Source: Fastidiosibacter lacustris
GTDB lineage: Bacteria > Pseudomonadota > Gammaproteobacteria > Francisellales > Francisellaceae
DNA length: 32,000 nucleotides
Direction: 5' to 3'
NCBI RefSeq assembly: GCF_003428155.1
Contig: NZ_QLIR01000003.1
Span: 1-32,000, forward strand
Below, piece by piece: positions 29,153 through 32,000 of the stretch. How positions within the stretch are numbered: position 1 is the stretch's first letter; the number at the start of each line of letters is the position of its first letter. Below the pieces are notes generated by a model that ran no database searches, was not told where the DNA came from, and saw only the letters and a program-made list of their open reading frames with translations. The translations under genes were made by a program, and so were the position numbers.

Positions 29153-29620
29153 CCCTTCCAGTATCATTTTAATGCGTGCGCGATAAACGCCTTTAAGAGA
29201 TTGAGTAGTACTTTTAGTCTTGATTTGTATGGTGTGAAGTGTATTTTGGGTAAGCTCAGTGCCCAGTTGAGATATATCTTTACCATCCGCGGTCACGATA
29301 AGTGGTAATGTAGGAGGTGATTCAGGACTATTTTTATGCGAGGATAGTTTTATTAAGCTTGGTTCTGCTTTTAAGCGTAGCTTGGCAGGATCTTTTAATT
29401 GTAATTTCCAGAAATCTTCTTCACTTGTCAAATACATCCCATCACGCTGTTGATTTTTATTCATTATATGAAAGTTTTGTTTTGAAACAAATTGAGCTTC
29501 TGTTGTTACTGTCGGAATGTATACAGTTGCAGTAATCCTGATTTGAGTGCTTTGTTGTTCTGCAAAGTGTGGGTTTATAGTCATAAATATACCTAAGAGT
29601 ATTAAGTTAACAGGTTTCAT
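29144..29620 (-). CDS. Putative secreted protein of unknown family
   Basis: 158 aa with signal-peptide-like N-terminus MKPVNLILLGIFMTINPHFA; SD AGGAG before ATG; convergent overlap with the end of valS. Confidence 0.6.
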   Translation of the reverse strand: MKPVNLILLGIFMTINPHFAEQQSTQIRITATVYIPTVTTEAQFVSKQNFHIMNKNQQRDGMYLTSEEDFWKLQLKDPAKLRLKAEPSLIKLSSHKNSPESPPTLPLIVTADGKDISQLGTELTQNTLHTIQIKTKSTTQSLKGVYRARIKMILEGLW

Positions 29621-29771
29621 ATTTTACTCTCCTTGTTAGATTGAATTAAGCTAATTCTAATCAGAGTATAGGATTAATTTAGGCAAATAATGTATTTTGT
29701 GTAGCCAGAAAATATTTTTTCACTTTTTTATAATTTATATTTTTAAAAAAATATCTAAAAGCATCTTTAAT

Positions 29772-29801
29772 TTGACCATTTAATTTTAAAAAGGCTATAA
29801 A
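29772..29801 (+). promoter_or_regulatory. Sigma70-like promoter upstream of NHL lipoprotein
   Basis: TTGACC, 18-nt spacer, TATAAA. Confidence 0.5.
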
Positions 29802-29802
29802 C

Positions 29803-29830
29803 ACCGTATTTTTTTAAAATTTAATACGGT
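29803..29830 (+). promoter_or_regulatory. 8-bp inverted repeat immediately downstream of predicted -10
   Basis: ACCGTATT - 12 nt - AATACGGT. Confidence 0.4.
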
Positions 29831-29969
29831 TATATAAAAAGGAAGTTTCATTTATAATTTAACTCGTAGGATATTGGGGAGTTTGCGTTAACGCTTGTTA
29901 TAGTCTGTTTGAGGATATATAACAGGTCGAAATACAAGTTAAAAAAGCTTAAATTGTATAAGGTGGGGG

Positions 29970-32000
29970 ATGATAAATTATTCATATTTGAAAGCTGGTC
30001 ATAAAGGAATTCGTTTAGTTATTTGTACAGCAATTTTAACTGCTTGTGGTGGTAGAAGCGATACAAGCAGTGCACCAATCAAGGCAGAAATTAACCCAAG
30101 CAAAAGTGTATTATTAACAACGGTTTCAGGTGGTCAGCCACTAATATTAAGAACAAATCCAAGTCATATTTTACCGTATGATCTTTTGTGGACATTAGAA
30201 GGTCCGGGTAGCTTAGCTATGATTGATAGATTTAGCCCTAATGCCATCAACAATACGCATTATGGGATGGCGATTAGATATACGCCACCTGAATTTGGCG
30301 TTTCAGATACAGATACAATTGCAAAAGTGACAGTATTCCATAAAAAATCAACTGATAAAGTAGGTCTTTTAGACCAGCGTAACATTGCGTCAGCAGATGC
30401 TTATACCTTTGAAATTAAACTTAATCCTAAAGTGGATTCTAGTTTTTCAATGCCTTATGGTATTGCGTATGATTCTGTTTATAACAGATTATTCGTAACA
30501 GATATTAAATCAGGTAATTTGCGTATTATTGATGGCAAAGGAGTTGTTACGACAGCTGATCTGAAATCTGTCAATCGTGATGGATCGTTGGTAGGATATA
30601 AACTTGTTCGCCCGACTGGCATTACGGTTCACCCAAAAACCGGCAATGTTTTTATTGCTGAGTCTAACCGTAATATTGTGGAACTTTCAAAAGTGAATAA
30701 AAATGACTCAAGCCAATGGATTGTTCGTACGGTTTGGCAAGAGCAAGATGAAACAATATTAGTAGAAAATATATTTGAGGACCCCAAACACTCTAATGCG
30801 CGCGTAGAATATAATCCACATAATCGTCCAGCAAAAACAGGCTATACGATCGATGGTGTGGCTTTGTCTATTACTGAACAAGGTGATCAAAAAGCCAGGC
30901 TGAATTTTCAATTACCTGGTGATAATAGTTTATTTTCAGCTACCTTGCTTAGCACCCTTGAAGATGCGTCATATTCGTATGATGTGTTAAGTTCAAGTTT
31001 AACAGGTAACAATGCCACTCAATATCGACCGGGATTAAAAATTGAAACATCCTTCCCTTATTACACATATTTAGTATATGAACCTTATAACAACGTAAAT
31101 TCATTCATCGGTCGCATTATTCCATGGTCAGCAACCATCAGTAATGTATTAACTCAAAATTGGTGGAGTTCAAGGGCTATCTTAAATTTGGCAGCTGGTG
31201 CTGGTGGTCCCCCATTTGCAACTATCCCAACGGTTGCTTTAAATAACCCTACTATCCAAGCCTATAATAATACAGGTGTTCATATTGGGATTGGCTCGAG
31301 TGGGAATTCATGGAAAAGTGACTTGGATATTAGAATTCATAGCGCAATGATAAAACGTAAAGATGAGAAAGCTTTAAGATACGTCTTTAGTCGTGCTTTT
31401 GGTCAGATCACTTTTGATCAAGATGGTCATTTATATCTAGCAGACACCATGAATAATCGTATTGCGAAATTATCACAAAATGATGAAGGTATATGGCAGA
31501 TGTCTGTAATTGCAGGGGGGGGGAGCGGACAGTGGTCATCGTTCAGGGTTTGTGGACGGTGATGCACTGACTGCAAGGTTTAACCAGCCATCAGGTATTG
31601 CTGTTGATTATAGTGGTAATATTTTTATTGCTGATACCAATAATCATGCAATCCGTTTAATCACAACAAAAGACGAGAGTGTAATGGTGAAAACAATTGC
31701 AGGCAAAGGAGCAAATAATAATTGCACGCGTAATTTTAATGGCTCTGGCGATTGTGATGGAGATGAATCAACAGCAACGGCATTTAGTTATCCTACTCAA
31801 TTGTCGTGGGATGATGATACTAATCATTTATGGGTTACAGATAGTGGTAACCATAAATTGCGGAAAATAACAAATATCAATCAGAACAAAGAAGCTGATC
31901 AAGCTAATTCTGTCAATGAGGTGACTAGTGCTATAGGTCAGGGATCATCTCAGCCAGGTTGCATAGACGGTTTTGGTTCAAATAATTCTGAAAGTCAGCA
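29970..32000 (+). CDS. NHL-repeat lipoprotein, frame broken at a G9 tract (31515-31523), continuing beyond the window
   Basis: Lipobox LTAC; repeats PYGIAYDSVYNRLFVTDIKSGNLRII, PTGITVHPKTGNVFIAESNRNIVEL, FDQDGHLYLADTMNNRIAKL; after the tract the other frame reads GFVDGDALTARFNQPSGIAVDYSGNIFIADTNNHAIRLI... open to base 32000. Confidence 0.85.

Noticed and set aside
1-32000. CRISPR arrays, tRNA or rRNA genes
   Set aside because: No regularly spaced direct repeats or cloverleaf/GGTTCGA-containing candidates were found by reading the intergenic regions. A GGGTTCGAGT stretch near 16351 lacks any tRNA acceptor or anticodon arms.

Overview
AT-rich window with a gammaproteobacterial gene complement, mostly housekeeping. 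On the minus strand: mnmE, a small membrane protein, and an SLT-like lipoprotein. On the plus strand: tdk, an MFS transporter, a heptosyltransferase, dacB, tig-clpP-clpX-lon-hupB-ppiD-like-miaA, a B12-dependent ribonucleotide reductase that appears split into NrdJa and NrdJb, cydD-cydC, a BtuF-like binding protein, an aquaporin/GlpF-like channel, valS and an NHL-repeat lipoprotein. Points that stand out: (1) the C-terminal part of an IS5-type transposase at the left edge, missing from the ORF track; (2) a higher-GC MT-A70 adenine methyltransferase, preceded by an 80-aa ORF resembling only the N-terminus of a BglII/BstYI-like restriction enzyme, lying between nrdJa and nrdJb; (3) an aquaporin gene whose RBS, start codon and first helix are in a different frame from the body, with a T-TTT-TTG slippery heptamer exactly at the junction; (4) a G9 homopolymer that breaks the NHL-repeat lipoprotein frame, with the reading frame continuing to the window end if one G is removed. 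Points 3 and 4 could be sequencing errors and need read-level checks. All family assignments come from recalled motifs and not from database searches.
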